Shown here one piece after another: positions 44,906 through 53,937 of a stretch of 64,000 nucleotides of DNA; the stretch's first letter is position 1; each line of letters begins with the position of its first letter. The notes below the pieces were generated by a model. The model saw nothing but the letters and a program-made list of their open reading frames with translations. It was not told where the DNA came from and made no database searches. A program made the translations under genes and the position numbers. This DNA comes from an uncultured Alphaproteobacteria bacterium (GTDB lineage: Bacteria; Pseudomonadota; Alphaproteobacteria; Sphingomonadales; Sphingomonadaceae): assembly GCA_963814305.1 (NCBI GenBank), contig CAWFCI010000028.1, positions 160,288-224,287 on the forward strand. The letters are read 5' to 3'.

Positions 44906-45384
44906 GCAAGAAACCCGCCGACCTTCCCTACCGCCCCTGTGCGGGGATTATGCTTGCTAATATGGCTGGCCAGATTTTCGTCGGTCGCCGTATCGACAGC
45001 CCCGAAAACGACGCATGGCAAATGCCGCAGGGCGGGATCGACAAGGGCGAGGACGCGCGCGAGGCGGCCTTACGCGAGCTACACGAAGAAACGGGTGTGT
45101 CGTCAGACCTGGTCGATGTGCTTGCGCAAAGCCGCGAAGAACATTTCTACGACCTTCCTCCCGATCTGATGGGTAAAATCTGGGGGGGCAAATATCGCGG
45201 GCAACGCCAGTGGTGGTTTCTGATGCGGTTCAAGGGCAGCGATAGCGACATAGATATCGATACCGACCACCGCGAATTCTTGCACTGGCAGTGGGTCGCG
45301 CCCGACCGCGTACCGCAATTGATCGTGCCATTCAAAAAGCGGTTGTACGAAAATATCGTGGCAGAATTTGCTAATTTGGTTTGA
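44902..45384 (+). CDS. rppH: RNA pyrophosphohydrolase
   Basis: Nudix box WQMPQGGID...RELHEETG; GQRQWWF. Confidence 0.93.
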   Translation: MSKKPADLPYRPCAGIMLANMAGQIFVGRRIDSPENDAWQMPQGGIDKGEDAREAALRELHEETGVSSDLVDVLAQSREEHFYDLPPDLMGKIWGGKYRGQRQWWFLMRFKGSDSDIDIDTDHREFLHWQWVAPDRVPQLIVPFKKRLYENIVAEFANLV

Positions 45385-45399
45385 GGTAAAGAAAACCCG

Positions 45400-46056
45400 C
45401 TAAACGTCGAGATTACTAACGCGTTTCAATTCCGACCGCAGTCGCTCCTCATCGAATGCATGTTGCGCAAACTTGCCGCCGCGCTCCACCCAGAACAGGA
45501 ATAAATGCGCGGACCACCGGTTGGGGTTGGGTTGCATCCGGCCGTGACGCAGGTCCATCCCGCGATACAGGACGGCATCGCCGGGCTGCATTTCGACTGC
45601 CGAATAGGGTTCATCGCCGAAATCATCGAAACAAGGCCCCTCCGCCTTTACGGGTATGGAACCAACCTCGAGCGGCCACGGCACGTCATCGCTGTAGGCC
45701 AGCGTCAGCGAAACGCTGTGCTCGCACGACGGGCGGTCCGAATGGACCCGGCAAATGTCATCCTTGTGATAGATGCGGAAATAGTCGTAGCTCGGCAAGA
45801 CGTCCGCGCCAGTAAGCTCGCTGATGATAGGAGTCATGCCCCACAGGAATGTGGTGAGCGGCCGGTAGAAATGGCCGGAGATGTCGATCGTATGCTGCTT
45901 TGAAAGCGGGTGTGTTTTGGCAAAGGTCTCAAACGATTTGCCCGCAGCCCTAAGGTCCATCTGCACCTGCTTGAACAGGGTTGCAGCAACCTCTGGGGGC
46001 ACAAGGCCCCTGATCGTTGCATAGCCGTCTTTGCTATAGTCGCCTTCGATTCGCAT
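45400..46056 (-). CDS. Putative 2OG-Fe(II) oxygenase-fold protein
   Basis: FRIY...HSDRPSCE, GDAVLYRG..LRHGR. Confidence 0.65.
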   Translation of the reverse strand: MRIEGDYSKDGYATIRGLVPPEVAATLFKQVQMDLRAAGKSFETFAKTHPLSKQHTIDISGHFYRPLTTFLWGMTPIISELTGADVLPSYDYFRIYHKDDICRVHSDRPSCEHSVSLTLAYSDDVPWPLEVGSIPVKAEGPCFDDFGDEPYSAVEMQPGDAVLYRGMDLRHGRMQPNPNRWSAHLFLFWVERGGKFAQHAFDEERLRSELKRVSNLDV

Positions 46057-46105
46057 GCGATTTTCTATCCCAGTTATGGATATTCACAAGCCCCGGACGG
46101 GACCT

Positions 46106-47788
46106 TTACGCTCCGTTCGCCGCACTCAATATCGCCCGCACACTGGCAGTCGCGACGTCCCGGCTGATGCCGACACCGAACATGATTGGCCCTTCCCCAA
46201 CACGGCATTCGACATAGGCAGCGGCGCGGGCGTCGGTGCCGTGGCCGATAGCGTGTTCGCTGTAGTCGATGATGTCGAGCGGCCCGCCGAGCGCGGACTC
46301 CAGCGCGTTGGCGAGGCTTGAGATGAGGCCGTTGCCGCGTCCGCTAACCGATTGCTCGACTCCGTCGATACGGATTTTGCCTACGAAGATGCGCTCGTCC
46401 TGTGCCTTTTGACTCTGGCTTTCCTGGAAGTCGATCAGGCGAAAACGGCCTTCGCCTTTGAGGTGATAGCGTTTCTCGAACGCCTCCCAGATGTCGGCGC
46501 TGGTGAGTTCCCGGCCTGTGCTATCGCTGAGTTCCTGGACGGTGCTTGAGAAGTTCGCCTGCATCCGTTTGGGCAGTTTCAGGCCTTGGTCTTGCTCGAT
46601 AACCCACGCGACGCCGCCCTTGCCGCTTTGCGAATTGACGCGGATGACCGCCTCATAACTGCGTCCCAAATCCGCGGGGTCGATCGGCAGATAGGGCACC
46701 CGCCAGATTTCGTCGTTCTGCACCTCGTTCGCAGCAAAGCCCTTCTTGATCGCGTCCTGATGGCTACCCGAAAACGCGGTGAAGACCAGTTCGCCCGCAT
46801 AGGGATGCCGCGGATGGACGGGGAGCTGGTTGCAATATTCGACAGTCTGGATGACCTCGTCGATGTTGCTGAAATCGAGGCCGGGATAAAGCCCTTGCGT
46901 ATACATATTGAGCGCCAGCGTGACGAGATCGACATTGCCGGTGCGCTCGCCATTGCCGAACAGGCAGCCTTCGATGCGATCCGCGCCTGCGAGCAAGCCA
47001 AGTTCAGCCGCCGCGATGCCGCTACCGCGGTCATTGTGCGGGTGGAGCGATATTACGACGCTATCGCGCGCGCTGATGTGGCGGCACATCCATTCAATCT
47101 GGTCGGCATAGACGTTAGGCATCGCCGCCTCGATAGTGGCGGGCAGATTAAGGATGAGCGGTTTTGCCGGAGTTGGCTTCAGAACGTCCATCACCGCCTC
47201 GCACACCTCAAGGCTGAATTCGAGTTCAGCGGTGGAGAAAGTTTCTGGGCTATATTCAAAATGCCAGTCGGTTTGCGGGAAACGCGCGGCCTGTTCGGCA
47301 AGGATGCTTGCACCCTCTACAGCAATGGCCTTCACGCCCGGCTTGTCGAGCTTGAACACGATATCGCGCCAAGCAGGCGACACAGCATTATAAAGGTGGA
47401 CGATTGCACGCGGCGCACCGGCCATACTCTCGAAAGTTTTTTCGATAAGGTCGCGGCGTGATTGCGTGAGGCTCTGGATCGTCACGTCATCGGGGACACG
47501 CCCGCTGTCGACGAGGTTACGAATAAAATCAAAATCGGTAGCGCCCGAGCTGGGGAAGCCGACCTCGATTTCCTTGATGCCGACCTTGATTAGCAGGTCG
47601 ATAAAGCGGTTCTTTTTCTCCGCGCCCATCGGGTCGATCAGCGCTTGGTTGCCGTCACGCAAGTCGGTTGAAAGCCAGCGTGGCGGAATATTGATTGTTC
47701 TCGTCGGCCAAGCCCTGTCGGGCAAATCAACTTGTGGAAACGGCCGGTATTTGCGGCTGGGGTCGGTCAACATCATGATCAGGTACAA
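46106..47788 (-). CDS. leuA: 2-isopropylmalate synthase (yeast-type)
   Basis: [28 protein letters not shown]. Confidence 0.97.
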   Translation of the reverse strand: MYLIMMLTDPSRKYRPFPQVDLPDRAWPTRTINIPPRWLSTDLRDGNQALIDPMGAEKKNRFIDLLIKVGIKEIEVGFPSSGATDFDFIRNLVDSGRVPDDVTIQSLTQSRRDLIEKTFESMAGAPRAIVHLYNAVSPAWRDIVFKLDKPGVKAIAVEGASILAEQAARFPQTDWHFEYSPETFSTAELEFSLEVCEAVMDVLKPTPAKPLILNLPATIEAAMPNVYADQIEWMCRHISARDSVVISLHPHNDRGSGIAAAELGLLAGADRIEGCLFGNGERTGNVDLVTLALNMYTQGLYPGLDFSNIDEVIQTVEYCNQLPVHPRHPYAGELVFTAFSGSHQDAIKKGFAANEVQNDEIWRVPYLPIDPADLGRSYEAVIRVNSQSGKGGVAWVIEQDQGLKLPKRMQANFSSTVQELSDSTGRELTSADIWEAFEKRYHLKGEGRFRLIDFQESQSQKAQDERIFVGKIRIDGVEQSVSGRGNGLISSLANALESALGGPLDIIDYSEHAIGHGTDARAAAYVECRVGEGPIMFGVGISRDVATASVRAILSAANGA

Positions 47789-47843
47789 CTTCGCTTTGGT
47801 TAGCGCATTGCTGCGCTGTGGCGTTTCTATCGATGGCAGTAAA

Positions 47844-47939
47844 CCCTTAGGCGGGATAGCTCGACAAATGCCAAGCGAGTGTACACGCCTAAGGGCGTGT
47901 AAGTCGTAGAAGGTGCAAAGAAGCGTACGGATCCGACAT
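47844..47939 (-). promoter_or_regulatory. leuA leader peptide (47889-47939, [16 protein letters not shown]) and attenuator helix
   Basis: Four Leu codons (TTG, CTT, CTA, CTT); stop overlaps helix CCCTTAGGCG/CGCCTAAGGG. Confidence 0.8.
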
Positions 47940-48038
47940 TATGTTGCGTCGTTAGCGTTAAAAGCCGACATTAGTCCAGCGCAAAATGTGTCTTATCGGT
48001 AACATTGGAATTTGAAATAGATTGTACGCGCCGATGTT

Positions 48039-48075
48039 GCTACAGATCGGCCTAGCGACATGGCCGATCTGTAGC
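48039..48075. repeat. Perfect 14-bp inverted repeat
   Basis: GCTACAGATCGGCC-TAGCGACAT-GGCCGATCTGTAGC. Confidence 0.75.
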
Positions 48076-48406
48076 TGGCATAAGCCACAGTCAGTGAGGG
48101 CCGGGTGACCGCGTGTTCATGACGCGGCGACGTATCCAGCTATTCAACCTATCCCCACATTTGGGTCGAATAACTTCGCGCGACTGTCCGGAACATCGAG
48201 GTTCCCGTTGTGGGTTCCACAACCGATGACTGTGCCAGAATCATAAAAATAACAAATGCAACTGCTTGTATACGATGCGTTCGTATACTGCTCCAAAAGG
48301 GACCATTCGACAAAAGCCCAAAACGCAGAATTCTTTTATACCTATTCTGTCAGTGGTGTTGTGAGACCTTGTATGAATTCCGTTCACGCAAACGACGCTT
48401 CGACTC

Positions 48407-49216
48407 TCAGATTTGCGCTTTGCTCACCTCATAAGCATCGCAGGCCGTTTCGAGCTTCCCGTAATTGCGCCGGTAACCGTTCACTGTACTTCGCAGTGTG
48501 CAAAACAGCTGTTCCATGCCACCGTAGAGACCTTGATAGCCACGATTATAGAACTTACCGAACTCCATATTTTGGACGCCAGCGCTCTTTGCAGCCCTAG
48601 CTAGGAGCTTGTTTTGTTCGACCACCTGATTGCGCAGGTAGAGTGGCTTCTGGTTCTCGGTAAGTGTGCCAAAGTCCACGCCGTCGCGGTCTGCAATTTC
48701 TTGGCGGCGGGTTTGAATAGCAAAGTAGGTCTGAGCGAAAGCGACTGGCTTTTTGCGAGCATCCGCGTTTTGAGCGACGAGGTAAGCGCCGTAGCGACTA
48801 AACACGATGTCATCGACTTCTCGGTTTGCGCCTTTGCCGACAACGATCATCTTCCCGGCGTCGGCAAAATGATCCTCAACCGGATGTCCGGCCTGTTGGC
48901 AGGAAGACTTGGCCTTAACTATCACGGCTAAGAAATTGTCCCACTTCGTATAGCTCAAGAGGGCTTGCAGGTCACGGGCATACCAGCATTTATCGCCCCG
49001 TCCATTATCGTGACCGGCATCCTCAAACTGGTCTATCGAGGCATCCCGTTCAGTAGCTGGTAACGCCAGGCCATTCACTGAATAATAGCGAGGATCGAAA
49101 CCCTCTGATTTGAGCATCTGAAAGCTTTTCGAAAAATGGCCGTGTCCGAAGACACTTACTGGCAATAGATGGTGCAACTGGAATTCTGATCGAGCCGCCA
49201 CACCTGCCGTTTTCAT
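48407..49216 (-). CDS. Chimeric ORF: N-terminal AHH nuclease fragment fused to truncated DinD
   Basis: FQLHHLLP...NGLALP (AHH), then WYARDLQ.LL.Y.KW.NF...SRY.AYLVAQNAD..K..VAFAQTYFAIQTRRQE...GYQGLYGG (DinD). Confidence 0.7.
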   Translation of the reverse strand: MKTAGVAARSEFQLHHLLPVSVFGHGHFSKSFQMLKSEGFDPRYYSVNGLALPATERDASIDQFEDAGHDNGRGDKCWYARDLQALLSYTKWDNFLAVIVKAKSSCQQAGHPVEDHFADAGKMIVVGKGANREVDDIVFSRYGAYLVAQNADARKKPVAFAQTYFAIQTRRQEIADRDGVDFGTLTENQKPLYLRNQVVEQNKLLARAAKSAGVQNMEFGKFYNRGYQGLYGGMEQLFCTLRSTVNGYRRNYGKLETACDAYEVSKAQI

Positions 49217-49323
49217 TCCATGAGTCTATTTTCAATAAGTTAAAAGTCGACATCAATAGAATTGATCTCACAAAAACCGTCAATAATCTTGTTTATTTTC
49301 AGAATTTTGCGGCGGAAAATGAC

Positions 49324-49554
49324 ATGGCCATATTCGACGACAGCAGGCCAATTACTGATCATGATCTGACACTTCGGATCGAAGGAAGCAATTGCCTCGC
49401 TGAGCTGGTTTACCTACAATACTATGACAAAGGAAGTAAAACGGACCACGTTATAGTTCACTTAACCCTGCTTAAAAATGATGAGCCGTTTGAAGTTGTA
49501 ACTGCCGAGCAACTTACTCGTTCAGCCCAAATTGACATAGCGGTCACGACATAA
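49324..49554 (+). CDS. Small hypothetical protein, AT-rich
   Basis: 76-aa ORF filling the gap; no recognisable motif. Confidence 0.35.
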   Translation: MAIFDDSRPITDHDLTLRIEGSNCLAELVYLQYYDKGSKTDHVIVHLTLLKNDEPFEVVTAEQLTRSAQIDIAVTT

Positions 49555-49563
49555 TGCTTTGAC

Positions 49564-50181
49564 CTACCGCTGATCTGTTCGTCCATTTACCGCCATGTCA
49601 TGTACGATCCGGACTACATGATTCATCGCCTCGTTGACCGGCATACCTTCGCGCTCAAAAAGCAATTCCTGCCCTACCAGCCACTCAAGCCCTTTGGTCC
49701 GGATACTCTCATCGGTCGAGGTGTCGAATGCTATGCTGACGAGGCAAGGAAACGCCGCGCCGCTATCATATTGGCGGACAGTTTCGGCATAATACGAGAA
49801 TCCCGAAACAACCGATGCAGGCTGCCAAAATGCGGCTTTTGCACCCAACTCCGTGCCCAAAGATTCGCCCAACAGCAGTAATGTTTTAATGACCGCAGGG
49901 ACGTGTTGTCCCGATGCAACCGCCGCGCCCAGTCTCAACGAAATAGCGGAACGCGTAACACCTAAGTCCGTATCGCAAAATATCTCGTGGTCCGCAGATG
50001 GTTTTTGCTGAGCGTCGACCGAATAGTCGAAAGCCACCCCACGATAGACCATGGTACCACTTCCAGCGTCAGCATTGCTGCCATCGCCAAAAAAAATGCC
50101 AAGCTCGGCGAATGGCGCTGACTTGAATGACTCGCGCAAGTTTGGCTCGTCGGCGTCGAACAAAAGAATAAGAGGCGCCAT
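49564..50181 (-). CDS. Hypothetical protein (DUF4261/SUFU-like T.GL...G.E motif)
   Basis: AAFWQPA...FP....TKGLEWLVGQEL; ATG at 50181 preferred because the upstream extension overlaps a LexA box. Confidence 0.6.
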   Translation of the reverse strand: MAPLILLFDADEPNLRESFKSAPFAELGIFFGDGSNADAGSGTMVYRGVAFDYSVDAQQKPSADHEIFCDTDLGVTRSAISLRLGAAVASGQHVPAVIKTLLLLGESLGTELGAKAAFWQPASVVSGFSYYAETVRQYDSGAAFPCLVSIAFDTSTDESIRTKGLEWLVGQELLFEREGMPVNEAMNHVVRIVHDMAVNGRTDQR

Positions 50182-50198
50182 TACTATATCCACATCAG

Positions 50199-50213
50199 GT
50201 TCTTTTTTTGTTC
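50199..50213 (-). promoter_or_regulatory. Alphaproteobacterial LexA (SOS) box
   Basis: GAAC-AAAAAAA-GAAC exact GAAC-N7-GAAC, plus a third GAAC at 50218-50221. Confidence 0.7.
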
Positions 50214-50280
50214 CTATGTTCGCCAACGGATTTTATCAACTTTGTTTTTGAAATTGACTCCATTTTGGAGGCAATTCCAA

Positions 50281-52224
50281 TCAGATTTCCACCTGACTGC
50301 CCAGTTCCACAACCCGATTGCTCGGCAATTTGAAAAATTCCATCGCATTTGCCGCGTTACGAAGCATCCACGCAAAAGTCTTTTCGCGCCATATGGCCAT
50401 TCCTGGAATCTTCGATGCGATCAATGTTTGCCGCGACAGGAAGAAACTGGTGTGCATCATGTCGAATTTTGGTCCGCAAAGATCGACCTGATCAAGCGTT
50501 TTCGGTACGTCCGTTTCCTCGAGAAATCCAAAGCGCATTTTTACGCGATAAAAACCCTCGCCCAAATCCTTGCAGGCAATCCGGTCGGCCTCTTCAACAT
50601 AAGGCACATCCTCAATTTGAACCGTCAGGATGATCACGCGCTCATGTAAAATCCGGTTGTGCTTTATGTTATGCAGCAATGCAGAGGGTACCCCGCTCGC
50701 CGCCGAAGCCATGAAAATCGCAGTGCCCGGAACGCGCGTTGCACTATTTGCTGCGGATTTGATGAAAATCTCCATCGGCATCGTGCTTTCGGCCATTCGC
50801 TCGCGCATCAAAGCGCGTCCGCGAGACCATGTCGTCAGTAACGTAAAAATGACCAACCCGATGAGCAGCGGAAAATAGCCCCCATCAGGTACCTTGAGAA
50901 GATTTGCCCCGAGATAGGCCATGTCGACAATGATAAAGATCGCAAGAATCGGCAGCGATTTCCATTTCGGCCATTTCCACAGCTGGAACAGCACCACTGC
51001 CAGCAAACAGGTATCGATGAACATCGCACCGGTCACCGCGATGCCATAGGCGGCCGCGAGGTTGCTCGACGAGCGGAAGAACAGCACGAGCGCGATGACC
51101 ATGATCATCAGCGCCCAGTTAATCACCGGGATATAAATCTGCCCTGCCGCCTTTTCGCTAGTGTGCAGAATGGCAAGGCGCGGAATGAAGCCCAACTGAA
51201 TAGCCTGCTGCGTTAGCGAAAACGCACCCGAAATCACCGCTTGGCTGGCAATGATTGTCGCCAGCAGGGCGATGATGACAACGGGCAGCCGCACTATGTC
51301 CGGGATCATCAGGAAAAACGGGTCCTTGATCGTCTGCGCTGCTGTGACGGTATCCATCGACAGGATCATCGCCCCCTGCCCCATGTAATTGATCATCAGG
51401 CACGGCAGTACAAACCATAGCCAGCCGCGAATGATGGGCTTGCGACCGAAATGGCCCATATCGGCGTAAAGCGCCTCTGCGCCGGTGACCGCCAGCACCA
51501 CCGAACCCATCGCGATGAATGCCCGGAAACCATCGACGTAAAAGAAGTTGATCGCATTCCAAGGGTTAAGCGTGGCCAGAATGATCTCCGGCATTTTGGT
51601 CAAATGGATGAAACCGAGCGACGCCAATGTCGCAAAATAGACGAGCATGACCGGCCCGAACAACGCCCCTACCTTGGCGGTACCGCGCGACTGAATCGCG
51701 AAGAGGCCTATCAAGATTGCAATAGCTATCGGTAAAATCCACGCCTTGAAGCCGGGGTGGACGTAACTTAGCCCCTCGGTCGCAGACAACACCGACATTG
51801 CCGGGGTAATCATCGAATCGCCGTAGAACAAAGCCGTTGCGAACACCCCGAGCATCACAATCGGTGCAGTCCAACTTGCGCCCTCTGTCTGGCGGTTGAT
51901 CAAAGCCAGCAGCGCAAGGCTGCCACCTTCGCCCTTGTTGTCGGCCTTCATGATGGTCATCGCATATTTGAAGGTCACGACGATCATCATCGACCAGAAC
52001 ACGAGGCTCAACACGCCCATGATATGCAGTGGGTCCGGCTCGATGGGGTGGTGCCCGGCAAAAGTTTCACGGAATGCGTAAATCGGACTCGTCCCGATGT
52101 CGCCAAAGACAACGCCGATGGCGCCTATCGCGAGTTTGGCCGCCGAGCCTTGCGGCGCATGGCCGTGACCATGCCCCTCTTGATCGGGATTATGTCCGAA
52201 ATCATCTGCTTGCGACGCGACCAT
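50281..52224 (-). CDS. kup: Potassium transporter Kup
   Basis: [38 protein letters not shown]. Confidence 0.97.
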   Translation of the reverse strand: MVASQADDFGHNPDQEGHGHGHAPQGSAAKLAIGAIGVVFGDIGTSPIYAFRETFAGHHPIEPDPLHIMGVLSLVFWSMMIVVTFKYAMTIMKADNKGEGGSLALLALINRQTEGASWTAPIVMLGVFATALFYGDSMITPAMSVLSATEGLSYVHPGFKAWILPIAIAILIGLFAIQSRGTAKVGALFGPVMLVYFATLASLGFIHLTKMPEIILATLNPWNAINFFYVDGFRAFIAMGSVVLAVTGAEALYADMGHFGRKPIIRGWLWFVLPCLMINYMGQGAMILSMDTVTAAQTIKDPFFLMIPDIVRLPVVIIALLATIIASQAVISGAFSLTQQAIQLGFIPRLAILHTSEKAAGQIYIPVINWALMIMVIALVLFFRSSSNLAAAYGIAVTGAMFIDTCLLAVVLFQLWKWPKWKSLPILAIFIIVDMAYLGANLLKVPDGGYFPLLIGLVIFTLLTTWSRGRALMRERMAESTMPMEIFIKSAANSATRVPGTAIFMASAASGVPSALLHNIKHNRILHERVIILTVQIEDVPYVEEADRIACKDLGEGFYRVKMRFGFLEETDVPKTLDQVDLCGPKFDMMHTSFFLSRQTLIASKIPGMAIWREKTFAWMLRNAANAMEFFKLPSNRVVELGSQVEI

Positions 52225-52352
52225 TCAATCCCCCGGCCATGATAGCTGCCCGCCGGACATTTTGGTCTGGCGGGCGGCGGGCGATACCATGCTGCACATG
52301 GCTTCACAACAAAGCAATGACGCTGCAAATCCAGTTGGTTTAGCGATGATTT

Positions 52353-53012
52353 TCAATTGCTTGGTTGAGCCTGTGCGGCGTTCGCATCGACCTGCGCCTT
52401 TAAGGCCTTTGCGCCTGCCAGTTGCGACTCAAGCCGTGGCTTCCATTTGGCGTTCGGCGTTGCCAGCGACAGCGCCTTTTCCCAGAAAAGTATGGCACTG
52501 TCGATATTGCCAGCAAAAAGCCGCGACAGACCCGCAAAATAATAAGGCGCGGGGTAGTTTGGACGGATTGCCCTTGCCTTGTCGAATGCAAGTTGCGCTG
52601 GGGGCGACATTTCACCGTTGCTTGCGAGCATGAGTTGCAGACCCAGCGCGGACCATAAATCAGGGTCTTCTGGATTTTGCTTCAAACCGGCCTGAATATA
52701 GCTTGCCGACAATTTGTAATCGCCTTGTTTGGCAAAGGCATCCGCCGTCACCAGCCAGCGTTTCGCGCCGCCAAAACTCTGGTCCATATCGGCGCGCATT
52801 GCGATCAGTTGGACTGCGGCATCTTCTTTCGCGGCGAGTGGTTTGGCAGGGGACGACTGCACCGATGGACGTCCCTGCAAGGCGTAGCCGGTCATGCCAA
52901 GCAAGACGGCAGCCGCCGCGATTTGCCAATAACCTTTTTGCAGGCGGCCAAGCAGGACCAACGCGGCAAGGCTGACCGCTGCCAACACGCCCAAAGCAAT
53001 CCAGCCGCTCAT
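52353..53012 (-). CDS. CycH/CcmI-like TPR cytochrome c biogenesis factor
   Basis: TM segments, GYALQGRP, TPRs; last gene of ccm operon. Confidence 0.8.
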   Translation of the reverse strand: MSGWIALGVLAAVSLAALVLLGRLQKGYWQIAAAAVLLGMTGYALQGRPSVQSSPAKPLAAKEDAAVQLIAMRADMDQSFGGAKRWLVTADAFAKQGDYKLSASYIQAGLKQNPEDPDLWSALGLQLMLASNGEMSPPAQLAFDKARAIRPNYPAPYYFAGLSRLFAGNIDSAILFWEKALSLATPNAKWKPRLESQLAGAKALKAQVDANAAQAQPSN

Positions 53013-53410
53013 GCCCGCCTCCGGAACATGCCGCGCGCCAGCCAAATCGCGATAACCAGCAACACCAAAGGCGCCGCCCATAGCAAAAGGCCAGCGCCTT
53101 TCATCTCAGGCTCGAAACTGACCCATTCACCATAGCGACCGATCATCCACTGGCGGATTTTGTCGGGACTTTCGCCATCAGCAATCTGTTGACGGACCTC
53201 TGCGCGCATCGTCGCGGCCATCGGCGCGTCGCTGTCGGCAATGGACTGGCCTTGGCACTGGATACAGCGCAAACCGTGCATTAGCTCGGTGGCAACAGCC
53301 TCCTGCTTAGGGTCGGCAAGTTGCTGGTTGGCGAGTTCGGGTATCGGACCCGTCCCTTGCGCGAATACGGGGGTGGCAAAGAAAAGCAGCATAAGAAGCG
53401 TCAGTCTCAT
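53009..53410 (-). CDS. ccmH: Cytochrome c biogenesis CcmH/CycL
   Basis: LRCIQCQGQSIADS, RYGEWV. Confidence 0.93.
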   Translation of the reverse strand: MRLTLLMLLFFATPVFAQGTGPIPELANQQLADPKQEAVATELMHGLRCIQCQGQSIADSDAPMAATMRAEVRQQIADGESPDKIRQWMIGRYGEWVSFEPEMKGAGLLLWAAPLVLLVIAIWLARGMFRRRA

Positions 53411-53937
53411 TTTGCCTCACGCAATTTTTCGAGAAGCATCGACACATGTTCGGCGCGGATGTCGCCGATATGCTGATAGGTTATCGTGCCATCGCCGCTA
53501 ATCACATAGGTTTCGGGAACGCCGGACGATCCGAGCATCAGTTGAACTGCCATTTCATTATCAGCACCGATCCGGCGAAACGGATTGCCGAACTCTGCAA
53601 GGAAGGCGGCAACATCCTCCGGTCTGTCGCGGATCGCAATGGCGTCGATTTCCGCGCCTGCGTTTTTCAACGTCTCCAGATGCGGTGCTTCGGCCTTGCA
53701 GGGAATGCACCAGCTTGCAAAGATGTTCAGCAGCCGAGGCTTGCCGTCGGCGAGGTCGCTGCTGGCCAAACCCTGAACGCCGGCTGCGGCCGGGGCAAGC
53801 GCGAATTCGGGAATCTTCTGCCCGACCATCGCCGAATGAATCTGGTCATCCTTCGGCACAGCCAGGCCGTAAATTGCCAGACCGCCGATGAACGCGACAA
53901 TCGCTGATGGTATCCAGAGTAGCCAAGATCGGGTCAT
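53407..53937 (-). CDS. ccmG: Thiol:disulfide interchange CcmG/DsbE
   Basis: ASWCIPC, GVPET. Confidence 0.92.
   Translation of the reverse strand: MTRSWLLWIPSAIVAFIGGLAIYGLAVPKDDQIHSAMVGQKIPEFALAPAAAGVQGLASSDLADGKPRLLNIFASWCIPCKAEAPHLETLKNAGAEIDAIAIRDRPEDVAAFLAEFGNPFRRIGADNEMAVQLMLGSSGVPETYVISGDGTITYQHIGDIRAEHVSMLLEKLREAK

Noticed and set aside
48201-48217. Second LexA box in the islet
   Set aside because: GTTC repeats are spaced by 9 nt rather than 7
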